Of a stretch of 64,000 bases of DNA, positions 18,146 to 27,955 are shown one piece after another (position 1 is the stretch's first letter; the number at the start of each line of letters is the position of its first letter). The stretch lies in assembly GCA_039934295.1 (NCBI GenBank), contig JBDTMN010000004.1, positions 4,840 through 68,839 of the forward strand. The letters run 5' to 3'. Origin of the DNA: Candidatus Tayloriibacteriota bacterium. Lineage in GTDB: Bacteria > Patescibacteriota > Minisyncoccia > Phycocordibacterales > HO2-43-120. Both the position numbers and the translations under genes were made by a program. The notes below the pieces were generated by a model that was given only the letters and a program-made list of their open reading frames with translations, was not told the DNA's origin and did no database searches.

Positions 18146-18508
18146 TTATCGTGTTGGACTCCTTCCACCAATTGTCGGTACTGTGATATCAGTCTTGGTT
18201 GGGTCAATACCAATAGCTACCTGCGCCCAACGCACAATCCCCCACACGGATGCCATAACGAAAAGAGCGATAATTCCACCGACCATTATTCTTCTGCCTT
18301 CTGCCTTAGATTCCTCACTTCCTGCGGCAAGAATGTATTTTGCTAAACCCCAAAAGAAAACTAGAAGAGCGATGATAAACACAATAGGGACCATATTATT
18401 TACAATACGTCCAAATGATGTGACAAGGGAATCTAACTGACCTAATTGTTGCGCGAACGCTAGAGACGGAGTTAATAAAACGCCCGCAAATATAAGAAAT
18501 TTTTTCAT
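18146..18508 (-). CDS. Pilin-like small membrane protein (paralog 3 of 3)
   Basis: Signal peptide MKKFLIFAGVLLTPSLAFAQQ, then LLVFFWGLAKYILAAGSEESKAEGRRIMVGGIIALFVMASVWGIV. Confidence 0.4.
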   Translation of the reverse strand: MKKFLIFAGVLLTPSLAFAQQLGQLDSLVTSFGRIVNNMVPIVFIIALLVFFWGLAKYILAAGSEESKAEGRRIMVGGIIALFVMASVWGIVRWAQVAIGIDPTKTDITVPTIGGRSPTR

Positions 18509-18968
18509 TAATTTTTATTTAACCTAATAATTATAGACCACTTTTAATGTGAGAACCAGTCTCAAAAATAATCGCAATCTAATAAATGAAGATGTAGAAA
18601 CTTGGCTACTGCGACAGTCTCCGTTCGGCTACGACTTGCTGTTCGGACTCGACATATATCTATATGCCTCGTCCTCCACAACTTCGTCTCGCTCGAACGG
18701 AAACTGTCTCGTCAAGCCATTATTTTTGAGACTGGTTCTAATTATAAGCGATGGCAGATTTGATAGCAAGTGGAGTTATCCCCCGTAGTGAATTTTGGCA
18801 TTGCGCCTGAAGCACACGTAGTAACGATGCCAAAATCTACTACGGGGTTATCCCCTTAGCTAGATTCTACTCGCCCGAACGTACTATTTCGGTACGGGCG
18901 GGGAATCCAGATTCATGATTCATGAGTAGGTCAATTTCAGGTCTTTTCTTGAATCATGAATCTTGCTT

Positions 18969-19679
18969 CTAGTCAGATATCTTGGTTCCCATAAACTTCT
19001 TTCCCGAAAGATAGTTATCAAGCTCATGTATTTTTTGACCATTTACAATCGCCACTTCTATCCCAAGCTCTTGAGCGAGTTTTGAGGCGACGGGGTCAAA
19101 GGGGGAAGAAAGTCCCGGGCTCCACTTTTTCGGAATCAGCTTTCTGAATTCTCCCCATGTGAGGGTGGGAAGTGGTATAGCATTTTTGTATTTTCGAGGG
19201 TCTTTGTTGTAAACGTAGTCAATGTTTGAAAGGTTTATGATTTTCTTGGCTCCGATATTTCGGGCCAGTAAGACCGCGTCATAGTCCGTGGAAAATCCGG
19301 GCTTCCAACCACCGGCGACCAATATTTTCTCTCGAAAAAGCAAGTCTTCGTGGGGATTTTTTATCACCCGCGGATGAGAATATGTATGAAAAATAGAACG
19401 CATGAGGTGCGCGTTTAATCTTGTGCTGTGAATCCCAATCCAATCCACGTCCTCGATAGTGAGTGACGTGACGGCTCGCACGGCATCCTGGTAGTTTCTC
19501 GCGGTTTTTCCGCCACCGGAGATAATGATAAAGCGATGTCCCCTTTTGATATGCTTTACGATTATATCCTTGAAAGTCGAAAGAAAATGGGTATCAATGC
19601 CATCCGGAACAATAAGAGAACCTCCGACCGAAACGATGATTGGTAGGCCATTTTTTTTACTTACAGCTTTTTTTTGCAT
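18969..19679 (-). CDS. pyrH: UMP kinase (amino-acid-kinase fold, archaeal/eukaryote-like type)
   Basis: PIIVSVGGSL, IIISGGGKTARNY, VAGGWKPGFSTDYDAVLLA, NIDYVYNKDP. Confidence 0.75.
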   Translation of the reverse strand: MQKKAVSKKNGLPIIVSVGGSLIVPDGIDTHFLSTFKDIIVKHIKRGHRFIIISGGGKTARNYQDAVRAVTSLTIEDVDWIGIHSTRLNAHLMRSIFHTYSHPRVIKNPHEDLLFREKILVAGGWKPGFSTDYDAVLLARNIGAKKIINLSNIDYVYNKDPRKYKNAIPLPTLTWGEFRKLIPKKWSPGLSSPFDPVASKLAQELGIEVAIVNGQKIHELDNYLSGKKFMGTKISD

Positions 19680-19726
19680 TCCTAGAAGCCTACCTTATTT
19701 TTTAAAAAAAATCCACCTTTGATTTC

Positions 19727-19786
19727 CCAAGGGTTACCCTTGGAACGTAGGAATATGGGTATTTCGCGCCAAGGGTAACCCTTGGG
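19727..19786. repeat. Two copies of the perfect palindrome CCAAGGGT(T/A)ACCCTTGG separated by about 24 bp (bidirectional terminator-like)
   Basis: CCCAAGGGTTACCCTTGG at 19727-19744 and GCCAAGGGTAACCCTTGGG at 19768-19786. Confidence 0.5.
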
Positions 19787-19826
19787 AGTTTGTAGCGCTT
19801 TCGTAGTCAAAAATTTTTTTAATATA

Positions 19827-20219
19827 TCACTTTAGTTTATTCGCCAACTGCTTTGGAGTCTTCACAATCGCTTGAAAAAGAATATTTCGGCATATTTCCG
19901 GGTCGTTTTCAGAAAATGCATAAATCGGTTTCGCAAGCGCGGTGGCAAAACCGATCTCCATGCTTACACTATATCCGCTATATCCGTCCTTATTGAAGAC
20001 AAATACCGCATCGGCAACTCTTATTTTCTGAAATTGATCATGGGTTAAGCCCATAGCTATGAATTTCTTATGGTGCTCGGGAACTTTGTTCAAATCGCCA
20101 TAGTTTGCAGTGTAAAAATGCGGAGTCAAAACTTCCACGCCTAAAGCTTCGAGCTTTTTTGCGAACTCCATCGCTTCCTTGGCAAATCTATTACTTCCGC
20201 AGATTACTACTGATTTCAT
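19827..20219 (-). CDS. Nucleoside 2-deoxyribosyltransferase-like (Rossmann-fold) protein
   Basis: VVICGSNRF...ADAVFVFNKDGYSGYSVSMEIGFATALAKPIY fits the PF05014-like pattern. Confidence 0.5.
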   Translation of the reverse strand: MKSVVICGSNRFAKEAMEFAKKLEALGVEVLTPHFYTANYGDLNKVPEHHKKFIAMGLTHDQFQKIRVADAVFVFNKDGYSGYSVSMEIGFATALAKPIYAFSENDPEICRNILFQAIVKTPKQLANKLK

Positions 20220-20355
20220 GCACCTATGTTACTACGAACTTGGAAAAAATGCCCGTCTGAATAATGCGTTCGGGCAAACGAAATTAAAAAAAAGCCCCAG
20301 TGGAATCCACGCAGGGCTTGTGTCGCTATTTGATTGATTGTAGCGACTGAATGAA

Positions 20356-20595
20356 CTATGACCAGGGGCGAGTAGAGGTGGCGCGCTCTTTTCTTACCTC
20401 CTCTGGAACAACTGTAAGAGGGGTGGAGCAGACAACGCAGATCAACTTTCCTTCTTTCACTACCCCGCTAGTCCTGAACCTATGGTTTGGGCACCAATCA
20501 GGTTTCCGTGCGTCTTCCATTCGTTTTTCGTTATCTTTCATTTCACTCTCCGTGGTTGATTTGTTAAAGACCGTTCGAAGCTTTTTGAGCAACAA
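20356..20595 (-). CDS. Small putative zinc-ribbon protein (hypothetical)
   Basis: CPNHRF ... CVVCSTP provides two Cys pairs. Lies in an otherwise gene-poor 750-bp stretch. Confidence 0.3.
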   Translation of the reverse strand: MLLKKLRTVFNKSTTESEMKDNEKRMEDARKPDWCPNHRFRTSGVVKEGKLICVVCSTPLTVVPEEVRKERATSTRPWS

Positions 20596-20982
20596 AAAAT
20601 CCCATCCTCATTACACAACGCAAAGTTGCATAATAAGGACGGGATTCTTCCCCTAAAACCTCCGAGGTTCGGGCAAGCCGTGGTGCCACCTTAATTAAAT
20701 AGATTCATGAATCTAAATTCAAGATTCAGAAATTATACTCATTGACTCAGACTTCCCAGCTTTCACTAGGAACGACATCAATTATCCTTGTTACGGAGGA
20801 ATCCCCATGACAGAAAACTGTCTGGGTAAACCGGGTCTTCACGCACCTTTCGGTTTGCAAAGACCATCCTGTCCATTTCTGGACTACTAGCCCCAACCCC
20901 CGACCGCTTTATGCGGACCGAGGAACTAGCGGATGTTTTTATATGTAAGCTTCAACTGGCTTGTAATGTATACCTATCGAGT

Positions 20983-21453
20983 TCAAAAGTCAACACTTTG
21001 AGATTTTTTGAAAGCGATGAATTTTTGAACACTCTTTTTATAGCCCTCGGCAAGAGGAAATGTGAACGCCTCTTCCGGAGAAACCCAACGAGAAGAAATA
21101 AGCTCGACCCCATCAAGATTCAATTCCCCGCCGACAATCTCGCACCAAACATGAAACCAGACAAAATGCGCCGAGCGATGAAAATCAGTTGAGCCGATAA
21201 GTTCGCCCCAGTCAAAAACATATTTGCCCCGAAGTCTAAGCCCAGTTTCTTCTTCGCCCTCTCGAACAATTCCTTCAATTATAGTTTCGCCGGGTTCTAC
21301 ATGTCCTCCCGGAAGAGTCCATTTGCCGGGCCACTTTGGCGATTCCACGATAAGAATCTTGCCGACATCATTTTCAATCACTGCGGACCCAACAATTTCT
21401 ATTCCTTTTGGAAATTTTTCATTCATCAAATTATAATTTTGCTCCGACTGCAT
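20983..21453 (-). CDS. NUDIX hydrolase
   Basis: Nudix box [24 protein letters not shown]. Confidence 0.8.
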   Translation of the reverse strand: MQSEQNYNLMNEKFPKGIEIVGSAVIENDVGKILIVESPKWPGKWTLPGGHVEPGETIIEGIVREGEEETGLRLRGKYVFDWGELIGSTDFHRSAHFVWFHVWCEIVGGELNLDGVELISSRWVSPEEAFTFPLAEGYKKSVQKFIAFKKSQSVDF

Positions 21454-22033
21454 GTATCAACTCGGGAAATTCTGTTCTTTCTTTGTCGTGACTGAAGTGC
21501 CCTTGATCCGCATATTCGTAATATTCCGAATTCAGATTCTCATGAACAAAACGCGCCTCATGGATAGGGATGAAGGCATCGTCTCTCGAGGCAAACTGGA
21601 CTATCCATTTTTGATTTTTTTTAATGGCTTCCCAGTTCCAGGGAGCATCAAAATACCCGCTTTTTTTCTCCATTTCGTTATCGAGGTTTGTGTGGTAAGC
21701 GCCAACCAAAACGGAGCCGAGTATTTTATTTTTCTCGGCGTATCTCATCGAGGCAATCGCTCCCGATGAGTGCCCGATAAGAATAGTATTTTCATCTGCT
21801 CCAAGCTCCTTTATGAATGGGAGCCAATATGCGCTTCGCGCGAGCATTGCGTCCGGAAACTTCTCGTTGACTGTGGCAATGCCCATTTTTTCGAGCTCAT
21901 TTTTAACATAGGGGTACCAATTTTCGTTTGGTTCGGAATCACCGTTGCCAGGAATAATTATTGCTTGGAAGTCATGAGACATTTGAGAAAGAAAATTATT
22001 ATTTGTCGTCTTCCTTGTTGGCGTCCAAATCAA
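21431..22033 (-). CDS. Alpha/beta serine hydrolase, RBBP9/YdeN-like (probable start MSHDFQAI, ~21982)
   Basis: IIIPGNGDS..., nucleophile elbow [10 protein letters not shown]-terminal D and H residues. Confidence 0.6.
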   Translation of the reverse strand: MIWTPTRKTTNNNFLSQMSHDFQAIIIPGNGDSEPNENWYPYVKNELEKMGIATVNEKFPDAMLARSAYWLPFIKELGADENTILIGHSSGAIASMRYAEKNKILGSVLVGAYHTNLDNEMEKKSGYFDAPWNWEAIKKNQKWIVQFASRDDAFIPIHEARFVHENLNSEYYEYADQGHFSHDKERTEFPELIHAVGAKL

Positions 22034-22430
22034 GACAGACCGAATTCAAACAGTACCGTTTCCCTGTTTTGGTTGGTCCGTCGGGAAATATGTGTCCCAA
22101 ATGCGACCCGCATTTTGAACAGACGACCTCGGTGCGCGCCATTCCAAGCGAAGTGTCCTGGTGTAGAGTGACTGCGCCCGGTAAAGCTTCGTCAAATGAA
22201 GGCCAACCCGTTCCGGAATCAAACTTAGATTCAGATGAAAACAGGGCATTTCCACATGCGGAACAATTGTATGTTCCTTCGCCTTTTTCATGCAAAAGTT
22301 TCCCGCTAAAAGGCGCTTCCGTTCCTTTCTCTCGCAAAATTCGATACTGCTCTTCCGAAAGTTTCTCCTTCCATTCGTCTTCATTTTTTGGCATGGGGTT
22401 TTTATTCATTGTATTAATTAGACTTACCAT
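21999..22430 (-). CDS. msrB: Peptide-methionine (R)-S-oxide reductase MsrB
   Basis: CxxC...CxxC zinc site, GWPSF, RYCLNS catalytic motif. Confidence 0.85.
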   Translation of the reverse strand: MVSLINTMNKNPMPKNEDEWKEKLSEEQYRILREKGTEAPFSGKLLHEKGEGTYNCSACGNALFSSESKFDSGTGWPSFDEALPGAVTLHQDTSLGMARTEVVCSKCGSHLGHIFPDGPTKTGKRYCLNSVCLDLDANKEDDK

Positions 22431-22872
22431 AGGCCGCTCGATAATACTCCGCTCTTTTCAAATGATTCCTAAGCACGCCCAAGATTATATTGTTATCCGG
22501 ACTACCTAAGTCTTCTTTTTTCACAACATCTTCAAGAATGCCGATAAAATTATACTTTTTGATGCCCTTAACAACAATAAAAAATTCTTCTCTGAACGCA
22601 TGGTCTTTGAACAGTTTATCCAAATCAGACGGATGGTGAATGTCTGTATCAATTTTCTCCAATAATTCGCTAAAGTCCTCTAGACAAATCATGCTGTGCT
22701 TCTGCATTTCAGAATCATTCCGCCTTGCCATTGCTTCTTCAAAATACTCTAATTCTGTGATGGCCATGAACACCCCCTCCCGCACATTTTCTAAAACTCT
22801 TGCGAAGGAATCGGAATCAAGAGGAAGCTGGGATTGATCATATTCTATATTGGATTTTCCGCTTTCTGACAT
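22414..22872 (-). CDS. Hypothetical protein
   Basis: 152-aa acidic ORF, no family recognised. Lies between msrA and msrB. Confidence 0.4.
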   Translation of the reverse strand: MSESGKSNIEYDQSQLPLDSDSFARVLENVREGVFMAITELEYFEEAMARRNDSEMQKHSMICLEDFSELLEKIDTDIHHPSDLDKLFKDHAFREEFFIVVKGIKKYNFIGILEDVVKKEDLGSPDNNIILGVLRNHLKRAEYYRAAYGKSN

Positions 22873-22882
22873 ATTTTTCGCG

Positions 22883-23434
22883 TTAATGACTTTTTGAATT
22901 TTCCATCAAATCCACAAATTCTTTCTGAACTTTTTCAAGCTTTGGATTAATGATGAGCTCGCAGTAAGGTTGATTTTTGTTTTTAGCGTAGTAATCTTTG
23001 TGGTAATTCTCCGCTTCATAAAACACGTCGAGCGGAGTAATTTCAGTCGCTATCGGTTTTCCCTCCTTGTTTGAATCATTGAGCTCTTGTATAAACTGTT
23101 CGGATTCCAATTTCTGCTCTGGCGTGGTATAGAAAATGACCGACCGATACTGTGTGCCCACGTCATTGCCCTGCCGATTGACAGAAGTCGGGTCATGGGA
23201 GCCAAAAAAAACAGTGAGAAGACTGCGAAAGGCAACCTTCGTCGGGTCATATTCAATCTTGATAACCTCTGCATGGCCAGATTTCCCGCCACTAACATCG
23301 TCGTAGGTCGGATTCTTCTTCGTGCCACCTGAATAACCCGGGACAACCCTTATCACTCCCTTAAGCATCTTAAATACGGCTTCAGTGCACCAGAAACACC
23401 CTCCCCCGAATATTGCAACTTCAGTATTCTCCAT
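22883..23434 (-). CDS. msrA: Peptide-methionine (S)-S-oxide reductase MsrA
   Basis: GGGCFWC active-site motif; conserved YHKDYY near the C-terminus. Confidence 0.9.
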   Translation of the reverse strand: MENTEVAIFGGGCFWCTEAVFKMLKGVIRVVPGYSGGTKKNPTYDDVSGGKSGHAEVIKIEYDPTKVAFRSLLTVFFGSHDPTSVNRQGNDVGTQYRSVIFYTTPEQKLESEQFIQELNDSNKEGKPIATEITPLDVFYEAENYHKDYYAKNKNQPYCELIINPKLEKVQKEFVDLMENSKSH

Positions 23435-23453
23435 AAATACATTTTAACGATAT

Positions 23454-24635
23454 TTAGCCAAAGGTAAAGGTGAATGCTTTCAAACGGGATTTTTTAATAC
23501 GAATCTCAAGCGTATGTACTCCGTAGTCTGACCCTTCAAAGAGAGTATACAACTCCACTCCTTTTATCAATATTGTCTTTGAAAGTACGCCGTCCAAAAA
23601 TATTTCGACGTCGACTCCCGTATCAGAACCCGCCACCATGTATACATTTTTTGCCGAATATTTGAAAATGATTTTTGCCTCACTTTCGTTCTCCGCAAAC
23701 TCCGGCGTGAAATTCCAAGTGCCTGAAAGGTAAAGGGTATTTGCGTTTACTATAGAAGGGATTGAGAGCGTCTGAAGACCGACTCTCCCCTGCGTCCCAT
23801 TTGCCAAGTACTGGTTTCTCTCGGAGCCAAAATACGTTTCAGGACTTCCCACCTTGTGAAGGTCGGAAATAGCGGTAGATTCTTTAGCACTCCCCTCACT
23901 GGGTACTACATCCATATTTACCCCCAGGCGATTCGCCCTTTCGAGAAGCGCGGAGCGGATCGCCATCTCCGTCTCTTCATACCCGCCTTCTCCGATATGG
24001 TCATAGACTATGTATCCGTCAATATCAATGAGGTATTTCCTTGGCCAATACTGATTGCCGTACGCCTTCCATGTTGAAAAATCGTTGTCCAAAACAACCG
24101 GATAGATAATGCCGAGTTTTTTCACCGCCTCCGTCACGTTGTCCTCGACTTTTTCAAATGAAAATTCGGGAGTATGAAGACCAATAATTTCGAGGCCTTG
24201 GTCCTTATATTTGTCATACCACTCTTCAATAAAAGGCAGTGTCCTCTGACAGTTGATACAGCTATAGGTCCAGATGTCCAAAAGCACCACTTTTTTCCCC
24301 CGAAGTTCAGTAAGTGTAATCGGTTTTCCTCCGGTGTTTATATACCCGTCTATGGTGCTCAACTCGGGAGCCAGAGCAAAGTGGGCATTTTTAAAATCAG
24401 AAATTATTTTTTTCTCTGCTACCGTATTTTTTTGATTCGAATCGGCGCCTTTTGTGGAAGTAGATGTGGATTCTCCACTTATTATTTCCGTAGCAATACC
24501 TTCATTCGGTATTCCTTTCGGTATTCCAACCGGATAATAGGAAGAGGAATCTTGTTTAGGAGAAAACAGATAAATAGCGCCTCCAACGACGAGCGCGCCA
24601 CCTATAATTATTGCGATTTTATATTCAAGTTTCAT
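23454..24635 (-). CDS. Membrane-anchored thioredoxin-like (TlpA/ResA-type) thiol-disulfide oxidoreductase with an extra C-terminal domain
   Basis: N-terminal TM helix. Redoxin domain KKVVLLDIWTYSCINCQRTLPFIEEWYDKYKDQGLEIIGLHTPEF has a CxxC. Confidence 0.75.
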   Translation of the reverse strand: MKLEYKIAIIIGGALVVGGAIYLFSPKQDSSSYYPVGIPKGIPNEGIATEIISGESTSTSTKGADSNQKNTVAEKKIISDFKNAHFALAPELSTIDGYINTGGKPITLTELRGKKVVLLDIWTYSCINCQRTLPFIEEWYDKYKDQGLEIIGLHTPEFSFEKVEDNVTEAVKKLGIIYPVVLDNDFSTWKAYGNQYWPRKYLIDIDGYIVYDHIGEGGYEETEMAIRSALLERANRLGVNMDVVPSEGSAKESTAISDLHKVGSPETYFGSERNQYLANGTQGRVGLQTLSIPSIVNANTLYLSGTWNFTPEFAENESEAKIIFKYSAKNVYMVAGSDTGVDVEIFLDGVLSKTILIKGVELYTLFEGSDYGVHTLEIRIKKSRLKAFTFTFG

Positions 24636-24648
24636 ATTTTTTTGGGTG

Positions 24649-24716
24649 TTATTCCCGCGGAAGCGGGAATCTGGATCCCGCCTCCGCGGGGATGACAGAA
24701 TCAGAATTCTGTCATC
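24649..24716. repeat. Pair of palindromic GGATCC-flanked hairpins plus TGACAGAAT...ATTCTGTCA palindrome
   Basis: TTCCCGCGGAAGCGGGAATCTGGATCCCGCCTCCGCGGGGATGACAGAATCAGAATTCTGTCATC. Confidence 0.6.
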
Positions 24717-25455
24717 TTTTTAGCTCTAAAAGTTTTTGCTCGACCTTCGTGATGTCAAAAAAATTCATACTCAAAATTTTAGCTTCGAGAATTTTGTCGT
24801 ACCCTGTGACGATTGCAATGCCGACTAGGATGAAAATCACCCCTAAAATCCTTTTAAACCAACCTCTTGGGTCCGCGGCAACACCAAGTCGAATCATGAT
24901 TCTTTGCCCCAAAAGAGCAACGAGAAGAAGCATGAGGCAAAGTCCGAGCGTGTACGCCAAGAGGTAAATAATACCGAGAACCGGCTTTTCAGGAAGAACT
25001 GTGGCAAGAACTACAAAGTAAGTGGGACTGCAGGTTGAAAAAACGGGACCCAGGGCGGCGCCGATTATGACGTCTCCCCAAAAATTTTTCTTTTCGTACC
25101 CGACTCCAAGAAGCTTATTCGACTCGCGATTCAATACATTCGTAAAGCTCAATTTTTCCCAAAGAGACGGAAACACGGTGATAACGCCGAGGACGAGGAT
25201 GATGCCCCCAGATATCCATTTCCACGCGGATTCTGGAACTCCAATAAATACTGAACTGGCTTTTAGAAGTAGTGTGAACGCAATGACCGAAAGGCCGAGC
25301 GAGATGGTAACCGTGATTGCGCGCCTTTTTCTTATTTCCTCACCCGCGTCACTGCCTGAAAGCGTACCGCCCAAAATAACAGGAAGAAGTGGCAAGATAC
25401 AGGGCGCAAGAACAGTCAAAACTCCCGCGATGAATGTGATGATAAGTAGGGTCAT
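24712..25455 (-). CDS. ccdA: Cytochrome c-type biogenesis / disulfide-reductant transporter CcdA (DsbD-like)
   Basis: LAPCILPLLP Cys motif in TM1 and a second Cys in FSTCSPTY. About 6 TM segments. Confidence 0.8.
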   Translation of the reverse strand: MTLLIITFIAGVLTVLAPCILPLLPVILGGTLSGSDAGEEIRKRRAITVTISLGLSVIAFTLLLKASSVFIGVPESAWKWISGGIILVLGVITVFPSLWEKLSFTNVLNRESNKLLGVGYEKKNFWGDVIIGAALGPVFSTCSPTYFVVLATVLPEKPVLGIIYLLAYTLGLCLMLLLVALLGQRIMIRLGVAADPRGWFKRILGVIFILVGIAIVTGYDKILEAKILSMNFFDITKVEQKLLELKR

Positions 25456-25518
25456 GATTGCATTATACAGGAAAAAATACTTCTAAAAAACAGCGCTCTG
25501 AAGGTATACGTTTTTTAC

Positions 25519-25567
25519 CTGGATCCCAGCCTCCGCCGGGATGACAAAATACGAATTTTGTCACTTC
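25519..25567. repeat. Degenerate copy of the GGATCCC-GC...GGGATGACAaAAT palindromic element
   Basis: CTGGATCCCAGCCTCCGCCGGGATGACAAAATACGAATTTTGTCAC. Confidence 0.5.
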
Positions 25568-27468
25568 TTATCCTCGTCTTTCTTTTCCTCCTTTACGTCG
25601 GCATCTCTAACGTTGCCTTCGGGAGTAGCACCGCCTTCAGCGCCCGGCGCCGCGCCGGGCGCTCCCTGCGCTTTGCTCATCGCCTCTCCAATTTTAGAAA
25701 GCTCCGTTGAAAGAGCGTCAGTCGCGCTTTTCGTCGCTCCGATATCCGGCCCGTCTTTAACTTTTTTCGTAGCGTCAATTTTTTCTTGGACACTCGCTTT
25801 TATGTCAGCCGACACTTTATCCCCATTATCTTTGAGAGCTTTCTCGGCCGTGTAAATCATTTGCTCGGCGATGTTTCTCGCTTCCGCCTCCTCGCGCTTT
25901 TTCGCATCTTCTCCCGCATGAGCCTCCGCATCTTTTGCCATTCGGTCAATTTCTTCTTTGGAAAGCCCCGAGCGCGCTTCAATCCTGATTGACTGCTCCT
26001 TGCCCGATGATTTATCTTTTGCCTTAACATTCAATATGCCGTTCGCATCAACATCGAAGGTCACTTCAACCTGTGGCATGCCCCGGGGGGAAGGTGGAAT
26101 TCCATCCAAGATAAATCTCCCGAGCGACTTGTTGTCTTTCGCCATCGCCCGCTCTCCCTGCACGATACTTATCTCAACCGAAGTTTGATTATCCGCGGCA
26201 GTGGAAAACACTTGAGATTTAGATGCCGGGATAGTCGTATTTTTTTCGATGAGCTTGGTGTTCACCCCTCCCAACGTTTCAATTCCAAGAGAAAGCGGAA
26301 TGACGTCGAGAAGAAGGATATCCTTCACATCTCCCCTGATGATTCCTCCCTGGATAGCCGCGCCAACTGCCACTACCTCATCGGGATTCACTCCCATGTG
26401 AGGCTCCTTGCCAAAGAAATCTTTCACCGCTCTCTGCATCGCGGGCATTCTCGTCTGTCCTCCGACCAAAATCACTTCGTTAATTTCGGGCTTCTTGAAA
26501 GGCGACGCCTCCATTGCCCTCTTCGTTATCTCCATCGCGCGGTCGATAAATTCCTGACAGAGTTCCTCGAGTTTCGCACGAGTCATTTTGATAAGAAGGT
26601 GTCGAGGACCGGACGCATCGGAAGTAATGAACGGGATGTTGATTTCAGTCTCGACCGCGTTTGAAAGCTCGATTTTCGCTTTTTCCGCTGCTTCGTCGAG
26701 TCGTTGGAGCGCAAGGGTATCTTTCCTCACGTCTATCCCCGACTCCTTTTTGAATTCTTCTCCTATCCAATTTAATATTTTCTGGTCAATATCTTTGCCT
26801 CCGAGGTGTGCGTCGCCATCGGTTGACTTTACTTCAACGACATCGTCTCCGACTTCCAATACAGAGATATCGAAAGTTCCTCCTCCGAAATCGAATACCA
26901 CAATTTTTTCATCTTTCTTCTTGTTGAAGCCATAGGCCAAAGCCGCCGCGGTCGGTTCGTTTATGATACGCTTCACATCCAAGCCCGCAATTTTTCCCGC
27001 GTCTTTTGTAGCCTGCCTTTGAGAGTCGTTGAAATAGGCAGGCACGGTAATCACTGCTTCAGTCACTTTTTCTCCAAGACGGGCCTCCGCGTCGGTTTTG
27101 AGTTTCTGAAGTATCATGGCCGAAATTTCTTCCGGCCGATACCAGTTTTCGCCCATCTTCACCTCAATGCCTCCGTTTGCGGATTTCCTCACTTCAAAAG
27201 GCACGGACGCTTTGTCCTTCTGCACGGCGGGCTCATCGAAGTTGTGTCCGATGAATCTCTTAATCTGATAAATGGTATTTTTCGGATTTGTCACCCCCTG
27301 CCTCTTGGCGAGAACGCCGAAAAGACGCTCTTTCGTTTTTGATTCGGCGACGATGGAAGGCGTAGTCCGCGCTCCCTCGGCGTTTTCCAAAATTTTCGGC
27401 TCGCCAGCTTCCATGACCGCGACCGCCGAGTTGGTTGTTCCTAAGTCGATTCCAATTATTTTTGACAT
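25561..27468 (-). CDS. dnaK: Molecular chaperone DnaK (Hsp70)
   Basis: [28 protein letters not shown]. Full-length 635 aa. Confidence 0.95.
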   Translation of the reverse strand: MSKIIGIDLGTTNSAVAVMEAGEPKILENAEGARTTPSIVAESKTKERLFGVLAKRQGVTNPKNTIYQIKRFIGHNFDEPAVQKDKASVPFEVRKSANGGIEVKMGENWYRPEEISAMILQKLKTDAEARLGEKVTEAVITVPAYFNDSQRQATKDAGKIAGLDVKRIINEPTAAALAYGFNKKKDEKIVVFDFGGGTFDISVLEVGDDVVEVKSTDGDAHLGGKDIDQKILNWIGEEFKKESGIDVRKDTLALQRLDEAAEKAKIELSNAVETEINIPFITSDASGPRHLLIKMTRAKLEELCQEFIDRAMEITKRAMEASPFKKPEINEVILVGGQTRMPAMQRAVKDFFGKEPHMGVNPDEVVAVGAAIQGGIIRGDVKDILLLDVIPLSLGIETLGGVNTKLIEKNTTIPASKSQVFSTAADNQTSVEISIVQGERAMAKDNKSLGRFILDGIPPSPRGMPQVEVTFDVDANGILNVKAKDKSSGKEQSIRIEARSGLSKEEIDRMAKDAEAHAGEDAKKREEAEARNIAEQMIYTAEKALKDNGDKVSADIKASVQEKIDATKKVKDGPDIGATKSATDALSTELSKIGEAMSKAQGAPGAAPGAEGGATPEGNVRDADVKEEKKDEDKK

Positions 27469-27475
27469 AGATTTT

Positions 27476-27605
27476 TTAGCTTTTAGCTTTTAGGTTTTAG
27501 CTATTAGCTTAAGAGTTACGTTTTAATTCGAATTAAAAAAAGACGCGACATTCTGTGTCTTTTTTCTTAAAAAGCTAATAGCTAGTAGCTAATAGCTTAA
27601 AGCTT
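27476..27605. repeat. Long intercistronic hairpin built from 7-nt period repeats (AGCTTTT/AGCTATT arm vs AGCTAAT/AGCTAGT arm)
   Basis: Left arm TAGCTTTTAGCTTTTAGGTTTTAGCTATTAGCTT. Right arm AAGCTAATAGCTAGTAGCTAATAGCTTAAAGCT. About 45-nt loop. Confidence 0.7.
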
Positions 27606-27919
27606 CCCGCGGGTGCCCTAGTCATTTGACTTATGAAAAAATCAAGCGAAGAAACAAACTCCGAAATGTATGGAGAAATAATAAACTCGTGCTTTTGAGC
27701 TTTACCTTTTGGAGCAGAGAGAAGAAGAATTTCCGGAGAATTTTCTGCAGTTCCTGAAAGAAGAGCAGTTTTTTTGGAGATAATTCTTACAATTCGAGGA
27801 TTCGAAATTTTCACAATTTCCCCCCCTTCTTCTTGCACAATAAAAGCAAGGACCATCTGCACCGCTCCCCTTTCGACAGTTACAAATCTAATATTCTTTT
27901 TTCTCGATATTTCTATCAT
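27575..27919 (-). CDS. Hypothetical protein between grpE and dnaK (C-terminal codons overlap the repeat hairpin, so true extent uncertain)
   Basis: 114-aa ORF with no family recognised. The last about 10 codons are encoded by AGCTAAT repeats. Confidence 0.35.
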   Translation of the reverse strand: MIEISRKKNIRFVTVERGAVQMVLAFIVQEEGGEIVKISNPRIVRIISKKTALLSGTAENSPEILLLSAPKGKAQKHEFIISPYISEFVSSLDFFISQMTRAPAGSFKLLATSY

Positions 27920-27955
27920 ATCTTTCTCCTCATCTTTACCTTACACCTTACACCT

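Noticed and set aside
19105-19125. GAAAGTCCCGGGCTCCAC, nearly identical to the RNase P RNA P4 motif GGAAAGTCCGGGCTCC
   Set aside because: Lies inside the pyrH coding sequence, where it encodes ...KWSPGLSS... on the sense strand. No partner ACAGA(A)CCCGGCTTA motif nearby. Treated as chance.
27575-27919. ORF between grpE and dnaK as HrcA
   Set aside because: Too short (114 aa vs about 340 for HrcA), no HTH/HrcA motifs, and no CIRCE element upstream of grpE or dnaK.
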